From NCBI GenBank assembly GCA_964619725.1, contig CAZUFC010000008.1, positions 1 through 64,000 on the forward strand: a stretch of DNA of 64,000 nt, given 5' to 3'. The position numbers were made by a program, and so were the translations under genes. The stretch is from an uncultured bacterium. GTDB taxonomy: Bacteria > CSSED10-310 > CAZUFC01. Of this stretch, positions 50,184 to 60,600 are shown piece by piece (positions within the stretch are counted from its first letter, which is position 1; each line of letters opens with the position of its first letter). The notes under the pieces were generated by a model. The model was given only the letters and a program-made list of their open reading frames with translations, did no database searches and was not told where the DNA came from.

Positions 50184-50437
50184 GAATGGTTTTTAGTACG
50201 GATGAAAGGAAGCCATCGACAGTCAAGCATCCCGATAAAAAAGGTCTGATTAGCGGGGAAATCAGGTGAAGACCTGGCGCCGGGAACACTGAACAGTATT
50301 TTGAAACAAGCGTGATTGAAAAGAAGAAATATTTGATTGTGGTTGAAAAAACAGAAAAAGGTTATTCAGCGTTCTGTACGGATTTGGATGGATGCGTTGC
50401 TGCCGGACAAACGCAAGAAGAAGTCGAAAGTTTAATG
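50184..50437 (+). pseudogene. hicAB: Decayed HicA-HicB toxin-antitoxin pair
   Basis: Frameshifted HicA pieces WFLVRMKGSHRQ, KHPDKKG and GEDLAPGTLNSILKQA; HicB N-terminus KYLIVVEKTEKGYSAFCTDLDGCVAAGQTQEEV, cut at a repeat. Confidence 0.8.
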
Positions 50438-50490
50438 GGCATTGATCAAAAATGCGTCTTTTGAGGTTACAATTCTTCAGGATACCCCAA
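50437..50490 (+). repeat. 5' block of the composite repeat
   Basis: gggcattgatcaaaaatgcgtcttttgaggtta is the near-exact reverse complement of the block at about 49686-49718. Confidence 0.75.
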
Positions 50491-50550
50491 CATTTATAAT
50501 GGACCTAAGAATAGTGATGTTTGCGTTGTGACTATAAGAAAAACAACCCC

Positions 50551-50606
50551 CCGATTCGCTAATGCTGAGCCTTCGACTTCGTCTTGTCTCAGCATAAGCG
50601 TATCGG
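50551..50606. repeat. Long imperfect palindrome downstream of brnA (REP-like or terminator)
   Basis: ccgattcgctaatgctgag pairs with ctcagcataagcgtatcgg. Confidence 0.55.
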
Positions 50607-50707
50607 TCCCCCCTTTGGTAAGCTCACTTTTATACACGCTTGACACAATAGAGGAATGATTTTCACTTTACACTTCAAATACAATTAGTATCAGATTTTA
50701 GTTCTGC

Positions 50708-51004
50708 TTACGCGGCATCACCTCTTTTAAATTCATTTAGTTCCTTCTGAATACGCTCGGCGATATATATTTTCAGCAAAGACTGATAAGGAACATCCCG
50801 TTTATTCGCCAGAAGCTTCAAATGCTCAATAACGCTTTCAGGCAAACGGATGGATATCGTTTTGGTCGACGGTTTCAATTTCGCCAGGGTCAAAGAGTCA
50901 GCTTTTTTCCAATCAATATATTCAGTTGAATCATGGGTTGCCCAGAATTCATTTTCTTCATTTTCATCTTTAAATTCAGGGATTCTCTTTTTGTTCATTT
51001 TCAA
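50708..51004 (-). CDS. BrnA/CopG-family antitoxin
   Basis: IPEFKDE.EE.EFW.THDST.Y; C-terminal RHH TISIRLP....LK.LA.KR.VPYQSL.K. Confidence 0.88.
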   Translation of the reverse strand: MKMNKKRIPEFKDENEENEFWATHDSTEYIDWKKADSLTLAKLKPSTKTISIRLPESVIEHLKLLANKRDVPYQSLLKIYIAERIQKELNEFKRGDAA

Positions 51005-51299
51005 AAACCTTTCGTTCTTTATTGCTCATGTCTCTGGCAGAGATGATCCGAATAAAATCATTTCTGACAGTGAATACAATAAATAATCTTCTCCCCAAGT
51101 CCGTCTCTCCTAATAAGTAATATCTCTTTTCCGTGACGGAATGGGAAATATCATGGGCCACTATCATGGGCTGATTGAAAAAAACCTGCTCCGATTCAGT
51201 TCGGGACACCTGATGCTTTTCCCAATTTTTTGTCGCATTACCCGCATCCCATTCAAATCCTTTGCAATTTTTTAATAAATCCATCAGACCACTCGACAA
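50976..51299 (-). CDS. brnT: BrnT-family toxin
   Basis: FEWDAGN..KN.EKH.V...E.E.VF, E.RY..LG and RIISARDM..KER; the likely start is 51284. Confidence 0.9.
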   Translation of the reverse strand: MSSGLMDLLKNCKGFEWDAGNATKNWEKHQVSRTESEQVFFNQPMIVAHDISHSVTEKRYYLLGETDLGRRLFIVFTVRNDFIRIISARDMSNKERKVFENEQKENP

Positions 51300-51328
51300 A
51301 TCAGTATACTATGATCATATACAAATGT

Positions 51329-52040
51329 CAAGCGCTGCAAAAATTTTTCGGAGTTGCATCGCTTTATAATGTTAAAAAGGTGTAAAGGTATGCTGCTGCA
51401 TTCCGATGCGGAAAGAGTAAAAAGGAAAGATCGCCGGAAGCTGTGGCTGCATGGCTTCAACTGGGGGAATTGAAAGCCAGGGTGATTAATTGCAGGGATT
51501 TCAGTAAGAAGCGGATAATAGCTTCGTTGGAAGAAATCAGACAAATGACCGTTCAATCTCCGTAAGATTTTTTACCCGGTTTGACTTCGCTTCTCGCTGA
51601 TTGCGGAATAGCTTTCACATTATGTCCTCATTTTCCGAAAACTTACGTGAACGGAGCGGTATTTCGATTGGGCCGAAACAGGATAGTAATAATGATGACT
51701 TTAAGAGGGAAATGGGCTGACATTTTCTGGTTCAGTTTATTTCGTGAGCCTGAGCATGTTGTTTTGCATGACCGCCGGGCCGTAATAGTCGAATGCGAAG
51801 AAGGAAACCTGGAAAGCGATAAAGATGGAAGATGATGCGAACGATTTTGCCGCTGATGCGCTTGTTCCGCCTGATAATTGGTTCGTATTTATCCGAAGGA
51901 AATCGTTCGGGAAGACAACGATAGAAAAGTTCGCAGCAGATATTGGAATCGCTCCGGGCATTATCGTGGGCCGCCTGCAGCACGAGGGATACCTTAAGCA
52001 TCACTGGAACGACGATTTACGGATTCGTTATGTTTGGTAA
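51329..52040 (+). pseudogene. HigA-type antitoxin / ImmA-IrrE (M78) metallopeptidase remnant
   Basis: FFGVAS...AAWL..GE, NGA....RGKWADIFWFSLF, E..AN.FAA..L.P and PGIIVGRLQHEG; two in-frame stops, a frameshift, and HExxH degraded to REPEH. Confidence 0.8.
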
Positions 52041-52190
52041 AATTCTTTGTGAATATTTAATCGCAATATTAAGCTGAAAGGTTGATATACCTTTTTAACT
52101 GCTTTCATCAGTTCTCTTTTCCTAAAACCGGTCTTCGTGTAGAATAAAATGTTAGTACGGGAAAGGGTTGGTTCAACGCCGCCAAAAAAG

Positions 52191-52282
52191 GGGGACTGAT
52201 CAAAGGGGGTTACACTTCTTTCAAAATTTTCGACGGTTTGTTTCAGTAATCGGGTTCGGGGTCGGTATCGGGATCGAAATGG
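52191..52282 (-). repeat. Partial composite repeat at the 5' junction of the beta-helix gene
   Basis: gggactgatcaaa...gacggtttgtttcagtaatcggg..ggtatcgggatcgaaatg matches 42475-42555 and 49584-49667. Confidence 0.8.
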
Positions 52283-52345
52283 AAGCGAAATAATTGTTCC
52301 AACGGCAATTCATACGAGGAGATACAATATAATTTCACGGGCAAT

Positions 52346-55300
52346 ATGGTGAACGACAATCAAAGCGGAGGCGTTTACGTTCGCACGGGCGACAGTTCGG
52401 AGGAAATATCCGTACTGATGCAAAATGAGATTGTAGAGGGCAATGTTGCGGACGGCATCAACGTTCGATTCAGCTCTTATTCATCAATTACGTCTATGGT
52501 TTTACAGAACGTTGCGTCTTATGACAATGCGGGAGCGGGTGCGGAAATTCATTATGACAACAGTCAGACGGCGGCGGCCCTGGAAATAGAATCATGTGAT
52601 TTTTACGGAAACACGGGAAGAGGATTATATGTTTACGGAGATGGAATAATTTCTTCTTCGGTTTTTTCGAGCTGCACATTTTATGCGAACGGAAATGACG
52701 GATGTCGAATTTTCACGCCGGCAGAAATATTATTTCTGGACAACTCAGCGCATGACAATTTGAATCACGGCATCAGCATAAAACCGACTGCCGGGGCTTC
52801 TGTAGAAATACGGGGCAATGAGTCGTACGGCAACGCGGAGGACGGCATTTACTGTGAGAACTCTGACGCTCTGTTTATTTACAACAGCGTGCATGAAAAC
52901 GGGAGCAGCGGGATCAATTTTAATGACAGGACAGGGCATTTCATTCAGAACGATATTTTCACGAACGGCTTCTGCGGAGTGAGGTTCAACGCCGGTGACG
53001 GCGTGCAGGTCGTTAATGGTAATAATATATATGATAATTTGGAATATGAGATTTACAACAATACGCTTTATGCTGTCGATGCCAGGAACAATTATTGGGG
53101 AACAGCGACGACGGAAGCGATGAACACTCAGGGGTATACTGCCGACCTGGAAACTGTATATGACATCCATGACGATTTGCTTCTCGGCATGGTAGACTAC
53201 CGGGGTTGGAATGGGGATTTACTGGATACTTCGACTGATCCGGTTTCTTATATTGTAGTTCCCCTGGAAGGCATGACGTTGCCCCGGGGCAATTTTACGA
53301 TTGAGGGAGTAGCGTGCGCTTCGGCCGGCATAGCCCTGGTGGAAGCTTATAAAGACGGTGGCTGGGAGGAAGCCTCAGGGACGGTCGACTGGACCATAGA
53401 TTGGTTTGCGGGCGTATCAGGTCCTGCTACGGTTAACTCCAGGGCCGAGGATAGTGATTCCAACGTGGAGACGCCTGGTCCGGGAATCAACGTGGACGTG
53501 GATGTTTCCATGAATCACGCCAGGGGAGAACTTTACGCGGATGAAACCTGGAGCGGCGACGTATATGTTACCGGAGACGTCATAGTGCCTGAAGGCATCA
53601 CGTTGACCGTGCTTCCGGGATCAACGGTGAATTTCCTCCGTAACCGGGACGATACGCTCAGCGGTTTGGATACGTCGCGTTCTGAGTTGATCGTAAGAGG
53701 CGTTTTAATAGCTGACGGAGACCCGGAAAGCATTATCAGGTTTACGAGTGAGGAGGTTTACAAGCGCGACTGGTATGGAATAAGGTTCGACGATGCGAAT
53801 GATGAGCTTTGCGTGCTTGATCATTGCGAGATCAAGTATGCGCATGCAGGGATCAGCCTGGAAAGCGCTTCCGTGCCGATTACTAACTGTCTTGTCGCTG
53901 AATGCTGGTATCGCGGCATTACCGGCGAATCATCGGGAGGGGATATAATCCTCCGGAACAACGAGATTCTCAACAACGGTACAAGCAGCGAGGGCGACGG
54001 GGTAAACATCAAATGTAAATCATCCATTTCGGTATTGCTGGAGAATACAGAAATTCACGGCGCTTTCGCGACCGGAATACATTTTTACAATGAAGCGGAA
54101 ACAACGAATATTGATTATACGGTTATGGACAATAATATTCATGACAACGGCGAGCACGGCCTGAGCATCATCGCGGGTTCACGTTCGACAAACATTGATA
54201 TTCAAGTTCAAAATGAGGTTCATTATAATAATGTCGAGGACGGCTTCAACATAAGGATTAATTCTCAATCGTCCGGTACGGCGGTAAGTTTTGAGAACGT
54301 CGATGTTTACGACAACGACGGCGACGGAATAGAGGTGTTTTTCAACGAATTGGAAACATATTCGGGGATTGAGATGGCCGATTGCGAAGTTTATCGAAAC
54401 GAAGGGAGCGGCATTTGGATACGAGTGTCGGGAGAGCTTGATGAAGCTTTGGTTCATGAATGTTTATCGTATGAAAACGGCGGAGCGGGTTGCAGCATAG
54501 GAAAGACGGATATTTTAACGGTGAGGAACAACGAGATCAGGGATAACGGCGGCGACGGGTTATGGGTGAGAATAACGGATACGGGAAGCGTTATAGACGA
54601 TAATTACATCCGTGAGAATGCGGGAAGGGGAATACATTGTGAAGATGGAAATGCGATGTTCAAGTATAACACCGTCAGGAAAAACGGTTCTTATGGGATA
54701 GAGTTCGAGCGGGGATTCGGCACATTTTTGCAGAACAACATATACATGAATCAGAGCTGCGGATTACTGTTAAGCGACTGCGCATCCATTAACGAGATAC
54801 ATTACAACAATATATTCAGAAACGCCACGTATGAAATTTACAATAATTCGCCGCGTGCTGCGGACGCCAGGCTAAACTGGTGGGGCGACGTAGCGACCGC
54901 CCAGATGGACTCGCAGGGATATTCCGTGGATATCGAAGTGATTTACGATATTCATGATGATTTCACTCTGGGCATGGTGGATTACCGTGGTTGGTTCGTC
55001 CGTCCGTCAGACATTTCAAAGGACCCGGGTTCTCATATAACCGATCCCATGGACGGCATGACGATACCTGCCGGTCCGATAAATATTGTGGGAACGGCGG
55101 TTTCGTCAGCGGGTCTGGACCATGTGGATGTCAGCACGGACGGCGGGAACGTCTGGAACCCGGGAACAGGAACGGCACATTGGCATTATCCGTGGAATGC
55201 TGATACTGAAGGCACGTATAATATTCGTTCGTGTGCGTATGACGCTGAGTTGAATGCGGAATTTCCAATCGATGAGGGGATATTCGTCGATGTTGAGCCA

Positions 55301-57685
55301 GGTTTGCTTCATACGTGGGGAACCATTTACGAGGATGAGACATGGAGTGAGAGCATTGTGATAATGGGGGACGTCGTGGTTCCGGCCGGGGTAACGCTGA
55401 CTGTAATGCCCGGAACGACGGTGGTTTTTGCAGCAGAGCGGGACGACACGATGAGCGGCTTTGATGATTCCCGTTGCGAACTTATTGTGCAGGGGGCTTT
55501 AAATGCTGACGGCGATTCTGAAAATGAGATACTCTTCACCGTCGATTCGCTGGTTCCCGTCAGCAAGGACTGGTATGGAATACGTTTCGTTAATCCTGAC
55601 GCTTCATTCTGCGTCATGGACCATTGCAGCATCCAATGGGCCCATGCGGGCATATCCCTGGAATCGGCTTCTATCGACATAACGAACTGCAGTATTTCCG
55701 AATCTTTTTATCGGGGAATAACCGGAGCGACTTATGGAACGGGAATGTCGCTTCAGGACTGTCGAATATTCGACAACGGTCATGACGACGAAGGCGACGG
55801 CGTTAATATAAGATGCGGTTCATTCAACTCTCTGACTGTAAGCGAGAATGAATTTTTCGACAATTTCAACTGCGGAATTCACTGCTGGAGCGGTTCCGAA
55901 ACGTCGAACATTGATTACCTGTTCGTTAATAATCTAGCTTACGGCAACGGAGCAAGCGGCTTCAGCGTAAAAGCGGGCGTCGAATCAATGCATATTTCCT
56001 CGACATTTCAGAATGAGACTTGCTATGGCAATGCGCAGGACGGCATTCATGTCGAGTATTCGGGAGGAGCTGCGGATACGGAAGTCATCCTGGATAACGT
56101 CGTTACTTACGATAATGAAGGCGACGGCGTAGAGATACGTTCCAATGATCTTGACGGTCCGTCAGTTGTCGAATGCGTTGATTGCGATGCGCATGGCAAC
56201 GGAGGCATGGGCATCCGGTCGAATGTAACCGGAAGCATCTCCAGCCTGGGTATTGCCGATTGTGTGATTCATGAAAACGAAGGAGGGGGTTGTTCCCCGG
56301 GAATGTCGATTCAGGCTTCGATCAGCGGCATGAACATTTATGACAATAACGGCGAAGGACTGTGGATAAGGGGCGGCAATGCGGAGTTAACCGAAAACGA
56401 TGTATCGAACAACAGCGGAACGGGCATCCATTGTCAAGGCGGCGCTGTTCAGGGTTTCTGCAATGTGATGACGTTCAACGGCGGAGACGGCTTTCAATTG
56501 CAGAACGGAAGCGCTGTCTTCCATTACAACGATATAAACTGGAATGAAGGATACGGCGTCAGGTTTACTGATTCGGGAGCCGGTTCTAATTTCGATCACA
56601 ATAACATCTACACTAACGGCGATTATGAATTTTATAATAACTCGAACGAAGATGTTTCCGCCCAGTACTGCTGGTGGGGAAACACGGTCACCGGTGAAAT
56701 GAATGAACTGGGGTATCCCGCGGATATAACCCGGATATACGACGTACACGAAAATTCTTCCCTGGGAGAAGTCATTTACGATAACTGGCTCGACGGACAC
56801 GTGCCCACTGTAACGCCGACGCCGGGACCGACCTTTACGCCCGGTCCCCCGACTTATACTCCGACTGCAGGACCATCGCCCACGCCGCCGGTGTTTTCTC
56901 CAACTCCGCCCTTTACTCCCACTGTAACGCCGCTTTGCCTTAACGACGGAGACGTCGACCAGAACGGCAAACTGACTCCCCAGGATGCTCAGTTTGCTTT
57001 CTTTATTTATCTGGGTGTTATCGATCCCACTTACATAGAATTATGCTCCGCTGATTGTCTCGGTGAGGGCGAAGTCACTCCTGACGATGCTCAATGCATT
57101 TTACAGCATTATCTGGATATGGGCTGCGATTGCGCAGACCCTATAGCGATGCCGCCATATCCGAACCGAAAACAGAACACCGGCAAGCAAAAATGTCCGC
57201 TTGAAAGGCATATCCCCCGACATGCTCAGAATAATGCTCGTTCACACTTGTCGAAATCTGACCGGGCGCCGGCCGCTGTGGACCGGGAAAAAACCGGCGT
57301 CATCATCATCGAGCGGAAACGGGACGCACAGTCGGGATATTTAACCCTACGCATCAGTATGGAAAATTATCGTAATGAAGCGGATGCTTTTGGGTTTCGA
57401 TTGAATTTCCCGCAGAACCTGCTTACGCCGGTCAACATGCAGTTCGGCGAAAAAATTGCCGATTGGAGGGCTGTTGCCGCGAATCATGAACCGGGCAGTA
57501 TAATTTTCGGCGCTTTTGATACGGAAAAGGCTTTGCCTGCGGATTCTCAGAGCATGATAGCGGATGTCGAATTCATGATAAAGGGAATCGGCGAGACGGC
57601 CGGAATAGAAATAAGAGTCGTTGATCTAGTGGATGATATAGAAGATTACGAAATTTACGTTAACGATATGATTTTCAATGAATAA
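52346..57685 (+). CDS. Giant right-handed beta-helix repeat protein with Ig-like spacers, PT linker, dockerin-like and cohesin-like domains (5'-truncated)
   Basis: N..YxN...GI beta-helix repeats; repeated DETWS..DWYGIRF modules; GDVDQNGKLTPQDAQ..DCLGEGEVTPDDAQ (dockerin-like); AFGFRLNF..IFGAFD (cohesin-like); no signal peptide. Confidence 0.8.
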   Translation: MVNDNQSGGVYVRTGDSSEEISVLMQNEIVEGNVADGINVRFSSYSSITSMVLQNVASYDNAGAGAEIHYDNSQTAAALEIESCDFYGNTGRGLYVYGDGIISSSVFSSCTFYANGNDGCRIFTPAEILFLDNSAHDNLNHGISIKPTAGASVEIRGNESYGNAEDGIYCENSDALFIYNSVHENGSSGINFNDRTGHFIQNDIFTNGFCGVRFNAGDGVQVVNGNNIYDNLEYEIYNNTLYAVDARNNYWGTATTEAMNTQGYTADLETVYDIHDDLLLGMVDYRGWNGDLLDTSTDPVSYIVVPLEGMTLPRGNFTIEGVACASAGIALVEAYKDGGWEEASGTVDWTIDWFAGVSGPATVNSRAEDSDSNVETPGPGINVDVDVSMNHARGELYADETWSGDVYVTGDVIVPEGITLTVLPGSTVNFLRNRDDTLSGLDTSRSELIVRGVLIADGDPESIIRFTSEEVYKRDWYGIRFDDANDELCVLDHCEIKYAHAGISLESASVPITNCLVAECWYRGITGESSGGDIILRNNEILNNGTSSEGDGVNIKCKSSISVLLENTEIHGAFATGIHFYNEAETTNIDYTVMDNNIHDNGEHGLSIIAGSRSTNIDIQVQNEVHYNNVEDGFNIRINSQSSGTAVSFENVDVYDNDGDGIEVFFNELETYSGIEMADCEVYRNEGSGIWIRVSGELDEALVHECLSYENGGAGCSIGKTDILTVRNNEIRDNGGDGLWVRITDTGSVIDDNYIRENAGRGIHCEDGNAMFKYNTVRKNGSYGIEFERGFGTFLQNNIYMNQSCGLLLSDCASINEIHYNNIFRNATYEIYNNSPRAADARLNWWGDVATAQMDSQGYSVDIEVIYDIHDDFTLGMVDYRGWFVRPSDISKDPGSHITDPMDGMTIPAGPINIVGTAVSSAGLDHVDVSTDGGNVWNPGTGTAHWHYPWNADTEGTYNIRSCAYDAELNAEFPIDEGIFVDVEPGLLHTWGTIYEDETWSESIVIMGDVVVPAGVTLTVMPGTTVVFAAERDDTMSGFDDSRCELIVQGALNADGDSENEILFTVDSLVPVSKDWYGIRFVNPDASFCVMDHCSIQWAHAGISLESASIDITNCSISESFYRGITGATYGTGMSLQDCRIFDNGHDDEGDGVNIRCGSFNSLTVSENEFFDNFNCGIHCWSGSETSNIDYLFVNNLAYGNGASGFSVKAGVESMHISSTFQNETCYGNAQDGIHVEYSGGAADTEVILDNVVTYDNEGDGVEIRSNDLDGPSVVECVDCDAHGNGGMGIRSNVTGSISSLGIADCVIHENEGGGCSPGMSIQASISGMNIYDNNGEGLWIRGGNAELTENDVSNNSGTGIHCQGGAVQGFCNVMTFNGGDGFQLQNGSAVFHYNDINWNEGYGVRFTDSGAGSNFDHNNIYTNGDYEFYNNSNEDVSAQYCWWGNTVTGEMNELGYPADITRIYDVHENSSLGEVIYDNWLDGHVPTVTPTPGPTFTPGPPTYTPTAGPSPTPPVFSPTPPFTPTVTPLCLNDGDVDQNGKLTPQDAQFAFFIYLGVIDPTYIELCSADCLGEGEVTPDDAQCILQHYLDMGCDCADPIAMPPYPNRKQNTGKQKCPLERHIPRHAQNNARSHLSKSDRAPAAVDREKTGVIIIERKRDAQSGYLTLRISMENYRNEADAFGFRLNFPQNLLTPVNMQFGEKIADWRAVAANHEPGSIIFGAFDTEKALPADSQSMIADVEFMIKGIGETAGIEIRVVDLVDDIEDYEIYVNDMIFNE

Positions 57686-60600
57686 CCAGGAGGGAGTCAA
57701 TATGAAAAACCTGTCTTTTAAAAGGCAATTGTTTGTCGTTGCGGCGCTTGTTATGTTTCTGCCGTGCGTATCCGCGTTTGCTCAAACCACAACGCCTTCT
57801 CCGGGGGCTACGGCTACGGTATCGCCTACGCCGGCGCCGACCCTGGCTTCGGGCATTCTTGCTGTGGACGAAACCTGGGACGGCAGGGTATTGGTTACAG
57901 GGGATGTAACGGTGCCGGATGGATTGAGTCTAACGATTCAAGCAGGTACGCTGGTTGAATTCACGGCGGTTTCTGACGATATGAGCAGCGGAGCTGATAA
58001 TTCCAGGTGTGAGTTGATTATTGAGGGAATCCTGGAAGCGGACGGGGAAGCGGCGAATGAGATCATCTTCACCAGCGACGCGGATACTCCTGAACCCAGG
58101 GATTATTACGGCATCCGGTTCCTGGACCCGGCAGATGAGCTCTGCGTGCTCGATTATTGTCAAATAGCCTGGGCTTATATCGGCGTTGAACTCAATACGG
58201 CTTCTCCTGCGGTTACCAATAATGTTATTTCAGACTGCTATTTCCAGGGAATCAGCGGCAGCTCCTCGGAAGTGGACCTGATTATCGAAGGTAACGAAAT
58301 TTTTAATGTCGGAGTCAACAACGACGGTCACGGCATCTACATCGATTGCTTTACCGATATGGATATCTATTTAAACAATAATCATTCTCATGATAATTAC
58401 GGACGGGGCATTTACTGTTATAACGGCAACGGGTTATCAAACATTAATTATTATTTCACGGGAAACCTTACTGAGAATAATGCGAGAGGGGGCATTTACG
58501 TTTACGCCGGCAATTCCTCCAATAACGTTAACTTTCATTTCCAGGATGAAACGGCAAGCAGCAATGGAGGCGACGGCATACAAGTGAGATCCTATGCTTA
58601 CGGCTCTAATATGGATGCCTTTTTTCAAAGCGTCGACTCATATGATAATGACGGCAACGGCGTTCATCTGTATTTCGACCGTATCAGCGATCCGACGAAT
58701 GTTGAATTAAGGGATTGTAATTTATATGAAAACGCTCAAAAAGGCATATACGCCTGGGGAAGCGGCGATCCTTCGTCAGCCCTGTTTTCGATGTGCGCTG
58801 TTTATGGAAACGAAGATGAAGGCTGTTATTTCAGGGCATTCAAGAATTTTTTAGCGGAAGGCAATGCCGTTTATGATAATCTGGACAACGGCTTACATGT
58901 AAGGCCGTCGTCGAACGCCGCAGTCGAATTCCAGCATAACGACATTTATAATAACGCATCTTATGGCGTGTATTGCAATGGGTCTTCTCCTCTATTTATT
59001 TACAACGAAATACATGAAAATTTGGGAGGAGGCGTATGGTATCAGGACGAGATAGCGACATTCGTTCAGAACGACATCTACATGAACGGGACGTACGGCG
59101 TATATTTCAACAATGTAAACGACACACAGGCAATCAACGGGAACAACATTTACGACAATACGGACGCTGAGATTTACAATAACACCGGACACGCTGTTGA
59201 TGCGCGGTGCAATTACTGGGGCGTTTCGACGACTAATGAGATGAATACGATGGGATATTCCGCGAATCTGTCGGCTCTTCACGATATCCACGATGATATT
59301 TCGCTGGGAATGATCGATTACCGCGGATGGAAATCGACTGCCCTGGACACTTCCGTGGACCCTGTATCTTACATAATTGATCCGCTGGACGGCATTACGG
59401 TTTCACGAGGCGTGCTTGACATAGAGGGAGTGGCCTGTGCGACGTCGGGTATAGATATCGTTGAGGTGACGAGAGATGGAGGCATGTTCTGGCTGGAAGC
59501 TGACGGCAAGGAGGATTGGTCATTTCCGTGGTATGCCAGCGCATCGGGAATATATAATCTTAATTCCCGCGCTTACGACGATGATTCGGTGATGGAAACT
59601 CCCGGAGCCGGAATTTTTGTGGAAGTCGATTCAGATAAGATTCATACGCTGGGCGATCTGTTTCTGGACGAAACCTGGAGCGGCGACGTATTCGTTACCG
59701 GCGACGTCACTGTTCCCAACGGAGTAACTTTGACGATTCTTCCGGGAACGACGGTGACTTTTGCCGCAAACCGGGACGATATGATCGGAGGAATGGATAC
59801 GTCGCGCTGCGAGCTGATCGTTAAAGGCATTCTTAATGCGACAGGAACATCGGGAGATGAGATCGTCTTCACAAGCGACTATGAATCTCTGAAGGATTGG
59901 CACGGCATCCGTTTCGTGAATCCTGTGGATGCTTTCTGCATCCTGGACCATTGCGATATTCAATGGGCGCATGCAGGCATTATCCTTGAAGATGCTTCGC
60001 CGACCATTATGAACAGTTCTGTTTCTCATTGCCTGTATCGGGGTATCACGGGCGAGACTTCGGAAGAAGACATGCTGTTGCAGGGCAACGACATATTTTT
60101 GAACGGCTCCGACGGCGACGGTTACGGCGTTTACCTGAGTTACAGATGTTCGCTGACGTTCGACGACAATCATATTTACGAGAATTTCAACAACGGCGTT
60201 TACTGCGTAGGATTCCAGGCGGTCAACATAATCGAACATAACTTCATGAACAATGTGGTCAACAATAATGGAGACACCGGCGTTTACATGAGAGTCCCTT
60301 CAAGTTCGCAGAACGTCGAGGTGAATTTTCAGAACGACATCTTTTTCAGCAATAACGACCATGGGGTTTTTGTCGATTTTGACCCTTATGGAACCAATTT
60401 GGGAGCGACATTTAACGGCGTAACCTCTTATGATAATGATGATGAGGGAATCAAGACAGCATTTGACCGGGATAATGCACCGAGATACGTTGAAATCTAC
60501 TCATGCGAAGTATATGAAAACATTGACTTTGGTATAGAAATTTGGGGCGGAGTGGATGATGTGACGGTACAGGATACCTCTGTTTATGAAAATGCGGGAA

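Noticed and set aside
50623-50641. Second IS50-like end (ctcacttttatacacgctt)
   Set aside because: Weaker match with no adjacent transposase sequence; may be chance.
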